Shown here piece after piece: positions 8,024 through 18,122 of a stretch of DNA of 48,438 nt. Within the stretch, counting starts at the first letter, position 1, and every line of letters begins with the position of its first letter. The notes under the pieces were generated by a model that saw only the letters and a list, made by a program, of their open reading frames with translations, ran no database searches and had not been told where the DNA came from. The position numbers and the translations under genes were made by a program. This DNA comes from Stellaceae bacterium. Its GTDB lineage: Bacteria; Pseudomonadota; Alphaproteobacteria; ATCC43930; CGMCC-115725. The stretch lies in NCBI GenBank assembly GCA_050730055.1, contig JBOHMF010000001.1, positions 1-48,438 of the forward strand, read 5' to 3'.

Positions 8024-8072
8024 CCAAGGATGTGAACAAAATGAGAACTTCCGTCTAGGAGGCTGATCCACG

Positions 8073-9623
8073 ATGCCGGAGATCCTCGACCTTCTTGTTG
8101 TCGGCGGCGGCATCAACGGCGCCGGCATTGCGCGCGATGCGGCCGGGCGCGGCCTCGCGGTGCGGCTTGTCGAGAAGGGCGATCTTGCCGGCGCCACCTC
8201 CTCGGCCTCCAGCAAGCTGATCCACGGCGGGCTGCGCTATCTCGAACACGGCGCCGTTCGCCTTGTCCGCGAGGCATTGGCTGAACGCGAAATCCTGTTG
8301 AAGAGTGCGCCGCACCTGATCCGGCCGCTGCGCTTTGTGCTGCCCCATGATCGCGGCGCGCGGCCGCGCGCGCTGATCCGCCTCGGCCTTTTTCTGTATG
8401 ACCATATCGGCGGTCCTCGCAGCCTGCCGGGAACCGAAGCTGTGGCACTGCGCGCGCATCCTTATGGCGATCCGCTGCATCCGCGTCTCAAGACCGGTTT
8501 TGCCTATTCGGATTGCCGGGTCGAGGATGCCCGGCTGGTCGTTCTCAACGCGCGCGACGCGGCGGCGCACGGGGCGCGGATCACGCCGCGCACCGAGTTG
8601 CGCAGAGCATCGCGCGCGGAGGGATACTGGCGCATTGATCTCGAACGGGAGGGTGCAACCGAGGAGGTTGCGGCGCGCATTCTCGTCAATGCGGCGGGTC
8701 CGTGGGCGGGCAAGGTGCTGCATCGCGCCGGTGTCGCGCGACCGCGGGCAAATCTTCGGCTGGTCAAGGGCAGCCACATCCTTGTGCCACGCCTTTATGA
8801 TGGCGCGCACGCCTATGTTCTGCAAAATGACGACCGCCGCGTCGTCTTTGTCCTGCCCTACGAGGAAAAATTCAGCCTGATCGGCACGACCGAAATCCCG
8901 TTTGCCGGCGATCCCGCGGGCGCGGCGGTCGATCCGGCCGAGGTCGCATACCTGTGCCGCGCCGTGTCGCGCTGGTTCAAGAGACCGGTCGTGCCGCGCG
9001 ATGTGATCTGGAGCTATGCCGGTGTCCGCCCGCTCTACGATGACGGGAAGGGAGACGCCTCGGCGGTGACGCGCGATTATGTCCTCGCTCTCGATCTCGG
9101 AATTCCCGCGCGATCTCCGATCGCGCGGGGCCGGGCCGCCCCCGGCGCGGCGCCGCTGCTCTCCGTTTTTGGCGGCAAGATCACCACCTGCCGGCGCCTC
9201 GCCGAGCACGCGATGGAAAAACTCGCGCCATTTCTGCCCGGCCTCGGCGGGCCATGGACCGCCGGTGCGATCCTGCCCGGCGGCGACCTGCCGGCGCGCG
9301 ATCCCGACGCCTTTGCCGCCGGTCTCCTGCGCGATTACCCCTTTCTCGGCGCCGCCGCGGCACAGCGGCTCGCGCGCAGCTACGGCAGCGAGGCGCGGCA
9401 GATCCTCGGCGCGGCGCGGGGCCCTGCGGATCTCGGCCGCGCCTTTGGCTGCGGCCTCAGCGAGCGCGAACTCGCCTGGCTTGTCGAAAAGGAATGGGCG
9501 CGCACCACCGAGGATGTGCTGTGGCGCCGCTCCAAGCTCGGCCTTCATCTCGATCCCTGCGCGGCGGCGGCGATCGCGGCCTGTCTCGCCGGTGCCGCAG
9601 ACCGGGAAAAGGCGGTAAGATGA
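8073..9623 (+). CDS. glpD: FAD-dependent glycerol-3-phosphate dehydrogenase
   Basis: N-terminal dinucleotide fold DLLVVGGGINGAGIARDAAGRGL..VEKGDLAGATSSASSKLIHGGLRYLE. 516 aa. AGGAGG lies 8 nt before the ATG. Confidence 0.9.
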   Translation: MPEILDLLVVGGGINGAGIARDAAGRGLAVRLVEKGDLAGATSSASSKLIHGGLRYLEHGAVRLVREALAEREILLKSAPHLIRPLRFVLPHDRGARPRALIRLGLFLYDHIGGPRSLPGTEAVALRAHPYGDPLHPRLKTGFAYSDCRVEDARLVVLNARDAAAHGARITPRTELRRASRAEGYWRIDLEREGATEEVAARILVNAAGPWAGKVLHRAGVARPRANLRLVKGSHILVPRLYDGAHAYVLQNDDRRVVFVLPYEEKFSLIGTTEIPFAGDPAGAAVDPAEVAYLCRAVSRWFKRPVVPRDVIWSYAGVRPLYDDGKGDASAVTRDYVLALDLGIPARSPIARGRAAPGAAPLLSVFGGKITTCRRLAEHAMEKLAPFLPGLGGPWTAGAILPGGDLPARDPDAFAAGLLRDYPFLGAAAAQRLARSYGSEARQILGAARGPADLGRAFGCGLSERELAWLVEKEWARTTEDVLWRRSKLGLHLDPCAAAAIAACLAGAADREKAVR

Positions 9624-9632
9624 GGGGCGGCA

Positions 9633-11348
<1,716 letters not shown>

Positions 11349-11352
11349 GAAC

Positions 11353-11378
11353 GCGCCGCCGCGCGCGGGCGGCGGCGC
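11353..11378. terminator. GC-rich hairpin between convergent genes
   Basis: GCGCCGCCGC-GCGCGG-GCGGCGGCGC, a 10-bp perfect stem between the acyl-CoA synthetase (+) and the VOC gene (-). There is no U-tract. Confidence 0.35.
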
Positions 11379-11387
11379 GCTCGCCGG

Positions 11388-11876
11388 CTACTCGGCGTCC
11401 TCGGTCGCCACCGGCGTCAGCTCATAGCGCTGCATCGCCATGCCGATCGCGTCATCCCAGCCGCGCTGGCGCACGTCAAACTGCACCGCGTCGGGGCCGA
11501 GATATTTCAGGTTGACCGCCTTGTTGCTGGCGCGGGTCATCGGAGTTTCCCGCCGCTCCTCGGATTTCGGGATCGGCACGGGGGCGACATTGTCCACGGC
11601 AAGCGCCTTCGCGGTGGCGTCGAGATCATCGACCTGAAAGCCGATATGATGGATTCCGCGCAGTTCGGAGCTTTGTCCCGGCCCGAGCCTTGGCGCGCCG
11701 GGTTCACCATACTTCAGAACGGCGAAGTAGATATAGCCGTCACTCAGCCATACCCCTTTTGAACCCGTGTCGTCGGGCATCCGATAGAGTTCGGTCAGCC
11801 CGAAATGTTGCTTATAGAACTCCGCAGTCTTGGCCGGATCATCGGTCACGAGTGCGATATGCTTGATGCGAGCCAT
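11388..11876 (-). CDS. VOC (glyoxalase/bleomycin-resistance/dioxygenase) family protein
   Basis: MARIKHIALVTDDPAKTAEFYKQHFGL ... GIHHIGFQVDD, typical VOC beta-alpha-beta-beta-beta module signatures. Confidence 0.7.
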   Translation of the reverse strand: MARIKHIALVTDDPAKTAEFYKQHFGLTELYRMPDDTGSKGVWLSDGYIYFAVLKYGEPGAPRLGPGQSSELRGIHHIGFQVDDLDATAKALAVDNVAPVPIPKSEERRETPMTRASNKAVNLKYLGPDAVQFDVRQRGWDDAIGMAMQRYELTPVATEDAE

Positions 11877-12009
11877 CGGCTACCTCCCTCGATGCAAGCG
11901 TCTGTCAAAAATGCAGGCGGGGTTGTGTAGGCTTTCTCCCGCGCCAGCGTCAAGCGGACGCCGCCCTTTGACGATGATCCCGGGGAGCGCCCGTGATTCG
12001 TTTGGCCGA

Positions 12010-12720
12010 TCAGCGGCCGTGCGCTTTCTTCCAGGCCTCAAAGTCGCGCTTGGCGTCCTCGCCCGGGGCGGGGAAAAGGCCGATCAGCGAGCGCCCCTTT
12101 GCCACCTCCTCCTCGGCGAATTCGTCATAAAGCGTCGCCGCCAGCGCTTCCTCGGCGATTGCGTCGGCGATGTCGGGCGGGATCACGACGACGCCGTCGC
12201 GATCACCGACAAGGACATCGCCGGGATAGACCGCAACCCCGCCGCAGGCGATCGGCAGACCGATATCGACCGGATAGTGGATGATCGGGGAGGGCGGCGA
12301 GGACGGCCGGCGGTGATAGGCGGCAAGCCCGGTCTTGGCGATCCCGTCGGTGTCGCGCAAGCCGCCATCGGTGACGATGCCGGCGCAGCCGCGCGCCTTC
12401 AGCCGCCCGCAGTAAAGATCCCCGGCCGAGGCGGCGCGCGGGTCGCCGCGGGAATCGACGACGAGCACGTGCCCCGGCGGGCATTCCTCCATCGCCTGCT
12501 GCTGGATCGGCCTTGATCCCGGCGTGCGGGTGCGGTCCTCGCGCGCGGGGATAAAGCGCATCGTGTAGGCGAGGCCGATGAGGCGCGGCTGGTCGGGCCG
12601 GATCGGCCACACGTCATGCAGACACATGCTCTTGAGACCGCGCCGGTTGAGCAGACCGGTCAGGGTCGAGGTGCCGACACGCGCCAGGGCCTCGCGGGTC
12701 TTTGCGGACAATTCTGCCAT
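12010..12720 (-). CDS. RraA-family protein (probable RraA-fold 4-hydroxy-2-oxoacid aldolase / oxaloacetate decarboxylase)
   Basis: GDVLVVDS.G..R.A..G.L....K.RG..GIVTDGG.RD pattern. Start at MAELSAKT (ATG 12720) with GGAGAGAGG upstream. Lies 13 nt downstream of the Mo-subunit gene. Confidence 0.7.
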   Translation of the reverse strand: MAELSAKTREALARVGTSTLTGLLNRRGLKSMCLHDVWPIRPDQPRLIGLAYTMRFIPAREDRTRTPGSRPIQQQAMEECPPGHVLVVDSRGDPRAASAGDLYCGRLKARGCAGIVTDGGLRDTDGIAKTGLAAYHRRPSSPPSPIIHYPVDIGLPIACGGVAVYPGDVLVGDRDGVVVIPPDIADAIAEEALAATLYDEFAEEEVAKGRSLIGLFPAPGEDAKRDFEAWKKAHGR

Positions 12721-12733
12721 CTGCCTCTCTCCC

Positions 12734-15082
12734 TCAGTGGGTTTGCGTCGCCGCAATCGCCTGCCAGATGCGCGCGCTCGTCGCCGGCATGTCGAGTTCG
12801 GTGACGCCGAGCGGCTTTAGCGCGTCCATCACCGCCAGCATCACCGCCGGCAGCGCGCCGACCGTGCCCGCCTCGCCCGCACCCTTGGCGCCGAGCGGGT
12901 TGAGCTTGGTCGGCACCGGGTTGCTTTTGATCGTCATGGCCGGGATCGTGTCGGCGCGCGGCATCGCGTAATCCATAAAGCTCGCGGTCAAGAGCTGACC
13001 GGAGCCGGGTTCGTAGGCGACCTGCTCCATCAGGATCTGGCCGATCCCCTGCGCCACCCCGCCATGGATCTGCCCATGCAGGGTCAACGGGTTGATGACC
13101 GTGCCGACATCATCGACGACGACATAGTTGACGAGTTCGACCGCGCCGGTCTCGGGGTCGATCTCGACCTCGCAGACATGGGTGCCATTGGGATAGGTCG
13201 CTTGCTGCGGCGCGTAGGTGGCGTGCTCGATGAGACCCGGCTCCATCCCCGGCGGCAGCCGCGCCGGCTGAAACGCGGCGCGCGCCACCTCCTTGAGGCT
13301 CATCGCGCGGTCGGTGCCGGCAACGGCAAAGCGGCCGCCGGCAAATTCGATGTCGGCGATCGCGGTTTCCATCAAATGCGCGGTGAGCCGTTTGCCCTTG
13401 TCGATGACCTTGTCGGCTGCGAGCGACAGCGCCCCGCCGCCGACCACCATCGAGCGCGAGCCGTTTGACCCCATGCCAAAGGCGACGCGGTCGGTGTCGC
13501 CGTCGATGTACTGCACCTCGTGGGGGTCGATCGCGAGCTTCTCGTGCAGGATCTGCTTGAACGCGGTTTCGTGCCCCTGGCCGTGTGTCTTTGTCCCCAT
13601 CAGGAGGATCGCGCTGCCGCTCGGCTGAAAGCGGATCTCGGCATATTCCGGCACCGGCCCCGCCGCCGCCTCGATCGCATTGGCCACCCCGATCCCGCGC
13701 ACCCGGCCGCGCGCCTTGGCCGCGTTGCGCCGCGCCGCAAAACCGGCGTAGTCCGCGGCCGCAAGCGCCATGTCCAGGTTCTGCTCAAACCGGCCGCTGT
13801 CATAGACGGGGCCGAGCGGCGACTGGAACGGCAGCCGCTCCGGCGCGATGATGTTGCGCCGGCGCAGTTCGATCCGGTCGATGCCGAGTTCGGCCGCGGC
13901 GTCGTCGAGCGCGCGCTCGATCAGATAGCTCGCCTCGGGCCGGCCGGCGCCGCGATAGGGCGCGGTCGGGCTGGTGTTTGACAACACCGCGTCGATCTTC
14001 ACATAGGCCGCCGGGATGTCATAGACGCCGACGACCGTGCCGATCATGCCAAACGGCGTCAGAAACTGGCGGTCCGAGCCGACATAGGCGCCGATGCTGG
14101 CGAACATCGCGAGGCGCAGAGCGAGGATCTTGCCATCGTCGGCAAAGGCCAGTTCGATCGTGCCGGTATTGTCGCGCCCGTGCTCGTCGGCGAGCAGCGT
14201 CTCGGAGCGCTCGCAGCGCCACTTGACCGGCCGCCCGAGCTTTTTCGCCGCCCACAGCACGAGGCGGTGATCGACATACTGCCAGCCCTTGAGACCAAAG
14301 CCGCCGCCGACATCGCGCGCGATCACCCGCACTTGGCTCTCCGGCACGCGAAAGACCATGCTGGCGAGCATGTTGCGCACGCGGTGCGGATAGTTGACAT
14401 CGGCATAGAGGATGTAGCGGTCCTCCGCCGCGTCGTAGGCGCCGAGCGCGCCGCGCGGTTCCATGTACTGCGCGTGCACGCGGCTGACGACGTAATGGCG
14501 CTTGACGATGCGGGCGGCGCGGGCAAAGGCGGCTTCGGTCGCCGCGCGGTCGCCGCGCTCGTAGGTGTGGGACACGTTGTCGGGGTTGTCGTCCCACAGG
14601 CGCGGCGCGTCCGGCTTTGCCGCCTCCTCGACCGCCGTGACCGCGGGCAGCGGTTCGTAATCGACCGCAACCAGTTCGGCGGCGTCCTTGGCCGCGTCCA
14701 GGGTCTCGGCAATCACCATCGCGACCGTGTCGCCGACATAGCGCACCCGGTCGATGACGATTGCCGGCCGCTGCGGCGCAAAGGCCGGCGAGCCGTCGGC
14801 CTTTTTGCGCGGCATACTGGCCTTTGGCATCGCGAGGCCGTCGCCGGCGTAGTCGCGCCCGGTATAGACGGCAAGAACGCCGGGCGCCGCTTTCGCCGCC
14901 GCGGTGTCGAGCGCACGGATGCGGGCGTGCGCATGCGGCGAGCGGACAAACACGGCCCAGGCCTGGTGCGGCAGGTTGACATCATCCTGAAAGCGGCCCT
15001 TGCCGGTCAGCAGCCGCTGATCCTCAAAGCGCCGCACCGGCTGGCCGATCCCGAATTTGATTATGCTTTCGTCATTGCTCAT
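12734..15082 (-). CDS. xanthine dehydrogenase / CO dehydrogenase family molybdopterin-binding large subunit (orphan copy 1)
   Basis: 782 aa. N-terminus GQPVRRFEDQRLLTGKGRFQDDV..FVRSPHAHARI. C-terminal GAKGAGEAGTVGALPAV. There is no Fe-S or FAD domain fused or adjacent. Confidence 0.85.
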   Translation of the reverse strand: MSNDESIIKFGIGQPVRRFEDQRLLTGKGRFQDDVNLPHQAWAVFVRSPHAHARIRALDTAAAKAAPGVLAVYTGRDYAGDGLAMPKASMPRKKADGSPAFAPQRPAIVIDRVRYVGDTVAMVIAETLDAAKDAAELVAVDYEPLPAVTAVEEAAKPDAPRLWDDNPDNVSHTYERGDRAATEAAFARAARIVKRHYVVSRVHAQYMEPRGALGAYDAAEDRYILYADVNYPHRVRNMLASMVFRVPESQVRVIARDVGGGFGLKGWQYVDHRLVLWAAKKLGRPVKWRCERSETLLADEHGRDNTGTIELAFADDGKILALRLAMFASIGAYVGSDRQFLTPFGMIGTVVGVYDIPAAYVKIDAVLSNTSPTAPYRGAGRPEASYLIERALDDAAAELGIDRIELRRRNIIAPERLPFQSPLGPVYDSGRFEQNLDMALAAADYAGFAARRNAAKARGRVRGIGVANAIEAAAGPVPEYAEIRFQPSGSAILLMGTKTHGQGHETAFKQILHEKLAIDPHEVQYIDGDTDRVAFGMGSNGSRSMVVGGGALSLAADKVIDKGKRLTAHLMETAIADIEFAGGRFAVAGTDRAMSLKEVARAAFQPARLPPGMEPGLIEHATYAPQQATYPNGTHVCEVEIDPETGAVELVNYVVVDDVGTVINPLTLHGQIHGGVAQGIGQILMEQVAYEPGSGQLLTASFMDYAMPRADTIPAMTIKSNPVPTKLNPLGAKGAGEAGTVGALPAVMLAVMDALKPLGVTELDMPATSARIWQAIAATQTH

Positions 15083-15228
15083 GCGGCAATCGCCCCTCAG
15101 GCGGGATGCAGGGTGACGGGCAGGCTAGCGAGAGCGCGCAGCGTGTTGTTGCAGCGGCGCCGCGGCGGCCCGGTGATCTCGATTCGGAGCCCTTGCCTCA
15201 CCTCCCAGCCGGGCGCCGACCCGTCGCC

Positions 15229-16032
15229 TCAGACAAAGCGGCAGGAGATCGAGCCGAGCGGCCCGTAATCGACGTGGAAGGCGTCGCCGGCGCGCGCCTC
15301 GACCGTGCCAGTGAACGATCCCGAGAGGATGAACTGCCCCGGTTCGAGCGCGAGATCAAAGGGGGCGAGCTTGTCGGCCAGCCAGGCGACGCCGTTGGCC
15401 GGATGGTTGAGAACGGCCGCGGCGACCCCCGATTCCTCGATGACGTTGTTGCGATGGCACAGCACCGCGACCCAGCGCAGATCAACGTCGAGCGGCCGGA
15501 CCGGCCGGCCGCCGATGACCAGCGCCGCGTTGCCGGCGTTGTCGGCGATGCTGTCGAGGACAGAGCGCGGCTGCTGCGTCTCCGGGTCGATGCGGTGGGT
15601 GCGGCCATCGACGATCTCGCAGGCGGGAACGACGTATTCGGTCGCGCTCAGCACATCAAAGATCGTGCAGCCCGGTCCCTTGAGCCGGCGGCCGAGGACA
15701 AATCCCAACTCGCATTCGAGACGCGGCTGGATGAAGCGGCTCATCGGGAGCTCGGCGCCGTCGCCATAAAACATGTCGGCCATCAAGGCGCCGTAATCGG
15801 GTTCGGTGATGTTGGCCTGACGCTGCATCGCGCGCGAGGTCAGCCCGATCTTGCGGCCGCGGATCGTGTTGCCCTCGGCGACTTTCAATTCGATCCAGCG
15901 GCGCTGCACCGCATAGGCGTCCTCGATCGTCAGCCCCGGGTGGAGGACGCTCGGGGCGCGGGTCCGGCGCCGCTCCTTTTCGGCGACGTGATAGGCCCGC
16001 GCCAGGGCGTCGATCGTCCGATCGTCGATCAT
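15229..16032 (-). CDS. hpaH: 2-oxo-hept-3-ene-1,7-dioate (or 2-keto-4-pentenoate) hydratase
   Basis: 267 aa, colinear with remembered E. coli HpaH: ITIEDAYAVQRRW..GRKIGLTSRAMQ..EPDYGAL ... GVLNHPANGVAWLA.KLAP ... FHVDYGPLGSISCRFV. Confidence 0.85.
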   Translation of the reverse strand: MIDDRTIDALARAYHVAEKERRRTRAPSVLHPGLTIEDAYAVQRRWIELKVAEGNTIRGRKIGLTSRAMQRQANITEPDYGALMADMFYGDGAELPMSRFIQPRLECELGFVLGRRLKGPGCTIFDVLSATEYVVPACEIVDGRTHRIDPETQQPRSVLDSIADNAGNAALVIGGRPVRPLDVDLRWVAVLCHRNNVIEESGVAAAVLNHPANGVAWLADKLAPFDLALEPGQFILSGSFTGTVEARAGDAFHVDYGPLGSISCRFV

Positions 16033-16419
16033 CTATGGCAACACGGCGACAAACGAGGCCTGGACCAGGGCCCGGCTGTCCGGCGGCAACGGCTGGGTGT
16101 GGCGGGCCGGGCGCGAGTTCGGGTCGGGGAACATCTTGACCCACTCGGCATTCAGGGCTTCGCGCTGGGTCGCCGGGTCCTTGACAAAGAAATCGATCTT
16201 GACGATGTGCTCGGAGCTTCCGCCGGCCGCTTCGACGGCGGCGCGGATGTAGTGGAACACATTGGCGGCCTGCGCCGCCAGTGTCGGCGGCAGTTCGCGC
16301 GTACCGGGATTGCTGCCGCCGATCACGCTCGACATCACGATATTGCCAACCCGGCTCGCATTCGGGATCGGGTTCTGGTGGCTGAACCCCGAGAAATTGA
16401 CGCTTCTGCGCTCCGGCAT
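16033..16419 (-). CDS. RidA/YjgF-family (enamine/imine deaminase-like) protein
   Basis: Start at MPERRSVNF (ATG 16419). RidA-like size and pattern (..IPNASRVGNIVMSS.I.G...). Its stop directly abuts the hpaH start. Confidence 0.7.
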   Translation of the reverse strand: MPERRSVNFSGFSHQNPIPNASRVGNIVMSSVIGGSNPGTRELPPTLAAQAANVFHYIRAAVEAAGGSSEHIVKIDFFVKDPATQREALNAEWVKMFPDPNSRPARHTQPLPPDSRALVQASFVAVLP

Positions 16420-16429
16420 GATCCCCTCC

Positions 16430-17017
16430 TTATGCCGATCGATGTTCGGCCGCGCCAAATACCGGATAACCCTGTTCGCGGTCTTCGAGCGCGGTGCGCC
16501 CCTCAGTTGGCAGCGATTGCGCATAATTGAGCGCCGCGTCGATGTCGCCTTCCCAGACTTTCCGCGGCAGTTCGTACAACAGTTCGATGCCGTACCCGTT
16601 GGGGTCGTGAATATAGAGGCTGTGGGTCATGCCGTGCTCGACCCGGCGGTCAAACTTGACGCCCTTCTCTTGCAGATATTCGAGTTGCGCGAGCCAGGCT
16701 TCGCGGCTCGGCAGGGCGATCGCGATGTGGTTGACCGCGACCGGCATGCCAAACATCTGCCAATCCGCCGGGGGCGCCGGCAGAGCGCGGTTCTCGACCA
16801 GCGCGATGTCGTGATGGTTGAGTTGCCCGCCGCCGTGATCGCCGCTGTAGAAGCGCATCTTTGGCGGGTTCGGGCGCTCCTGTGTCACGTGCAGTTCGCC
16901 GACCTGGGTAAAGCCGATGATCTCGGTCCAGAAGCGGTGCGACTCCTCGATGTCGCGCACATTGAGAACGAGGTGATTGAGACCCCGCGGCCGCATCGGC
17001 CCGCGCTGTGCCGCCAT
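16430..17017 (-). CDS. VOC-family protein, extradiol-dioxygenase-like
   Basis: GLNHLVLNVRDIEESHRFWTEIIGF ... VNHIAIALPS ... HSLYIHDPNGYGIEL. ATG 17017 has a strong SD (AAGGAGGA, 5-nt spacer). Confidence 0.7.
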   Translation of the reverse strand: MAAQRGPMRPRGLNHLVLNVRDIEESHRFWTEIIGFTQVGELHVTQERPNPPKMRFYSGDHGGGQLNHHDIALVENRALPAPPADWQMFGMPVAVNHIAIALPSREAWLAQLEYLQEKGVKFDRRVEHGMTHSLYIHDPNGYGIELLYELPRKVWEGDIDAALNYAQSLPTEGRTALEDREQGYPVFGAAEHRSA

Positions 17018-17082
17018 TCCGGTCCTCCTTGGCAAGAGCAGGAGCCCGGACCGCGCCGGTCCGGGTGTTCACGGCGCCCAGC

Positions 17083-17703
17083 TTACGGGAAGACAGGCCG
17101 GCTCGCCAACTGTCCCGTGACGGCCCGGAAAAAGGCCGGATGCAACGCTGTCCCGGCCCCGGCTATGCAGGCAGCGCACGCCGCTGGTGGGCGCGGCCGA
17201 TCCTGGCCGTTTCCTCCTGGTGTCCGGCGATGGACGCGCACCCCTTCGTCAAGGCGCGCTGTGATCGTCTCCGGCGAGCAGGTTTCGAGAAACGGGATGC
17301 GGTTGTCGCGGCAGGCTTCGACAAAGGCGCGCACCGCTTCCGCCGACTCGGCCTGGCACAGCAGCACCCCGTGCACGCCGCGCCCGAGGATCTGGCGGAA
17401 CTGCCAGGCGTTGAAGCGGACATTGGCGGCGTCGGTGCCGCCCGCCGGCGCCTCGACGACGACCGTCGGGGTCCGGTGGCCGGAGCGCGTCGGCCCGGCC
17501 TCGGCGAGACCCTGCATGTATTCGCCCAGCCCCGTCATATCGAAGGCGCCGTGCTCCATCCCGACATTGATGTAATCGGCCCAGGTCAGGGCGTCGGCGC
17601 GCCCCTCTTCGCGCGTCAGCACGTGACCGCTGTGTCCGCCGACGTAATAGATCGCCTGATCCTCGGCGAGGAGTTCGATGGCCCGATTGATGCAGCCCGT
17701 CAT
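17083..17703 (-). pseudogene. HpcH/HpaI-type aldolase, apparently truncated and frameshifted
   Basis: The N-terminal half looks intact (ADYINVGMEHGAFD; RGVHGVLLCQAESAEAVRAFVEACR). The segment that normally carries the metal ligands is absent. The in-frame tail is Pro/Arg/Gly/Ala junk, while a protein-like tail (IAGHQEETARIGRAHQRRALPA*) continues in the other frame from about 17232. Confidence 0.45.
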
Positions 17704-17731
17704 ATCTGCTTCCGTGCTCCGGTCGGGATCG

Positions 17732-18112
17732 CTACCAGTACCAGACCCGGTCGTAGCGGCCGATCAGATCGCCGAGCGCGGCGCGCGCGACCGGCTCGGC
17801 GCCGGCGAGGAGTTCGCTTTGGGCGATGCCGCGCTCGGTCGCATCCTCGGCGACATAGCGGATTTCGACCCCCTTGGTGACGAGTCCGGCCAGATCCGCG
17901 GCGAGCCGCGGCGGCTGCGTCTGGCGCCACGCGCCAAAGGCGAGGCCGCCGGCATCCTGGCGCTCGACTAGGTAATTGACCGCATTGCCGCGCAGCAACA
18001 GGGCGAGATCGGCGCCTGCGCCCCTCATCGCGCCGTGCAGCCACACGATGGTATCGTCCTGCTCCTCGATCGTAGCGCGATAGGCGCTCTCGACGATGCT
18101 CAGCGTCTTCAT
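17732..18112 (-). CDS. DsrH/TusB-like sulfur-relay family protein
   Basis: 126 aa. ..LALLLRGNAVNYLV.. and ..IRYVAEDATERGI....YDRVWYW resemble TusB/DsrH (..LLLLQDGV.. ; ..NEDLIARGL..). There is no Cys in the motif. Confidence 0.55.
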   Translation of the reverse strand: MKTLSIVESAYRATIEEQDDTIVWLHGAMRGAGADLALLLRGNAVNYLVERQDAGGLAFGAWRQTQPPRLAADLAGLVTKGVEIRYVAEDATERGIAQSELLAGAEPVARAALGDLIGRYDRVWYW

Positions 18113-18122
18113 GACCCCCTCC

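Larger units (their letters stand above)
5940..8060. other. low-GC islet (putative horizontally acquired cassette) between ugpB and glpD
   Basis: Hand counts give 15/60 G+C at 6421-6480 against 49/60 at 8101-8160. Boundaries are approximate. No mobility genes were seen. Confidence 0.6.

Noticed and set aside
5940-8060. Classical mobile element (IS, transposon, integrative element or prophage remnant) as the explanation for the low-GC islet.
   Set aside because: No transposase or integrase ORF is present in any frame, and I saw no terminal inverted repeats or target-site duplications at the approximate borders. It is kept as a compositional islet only.
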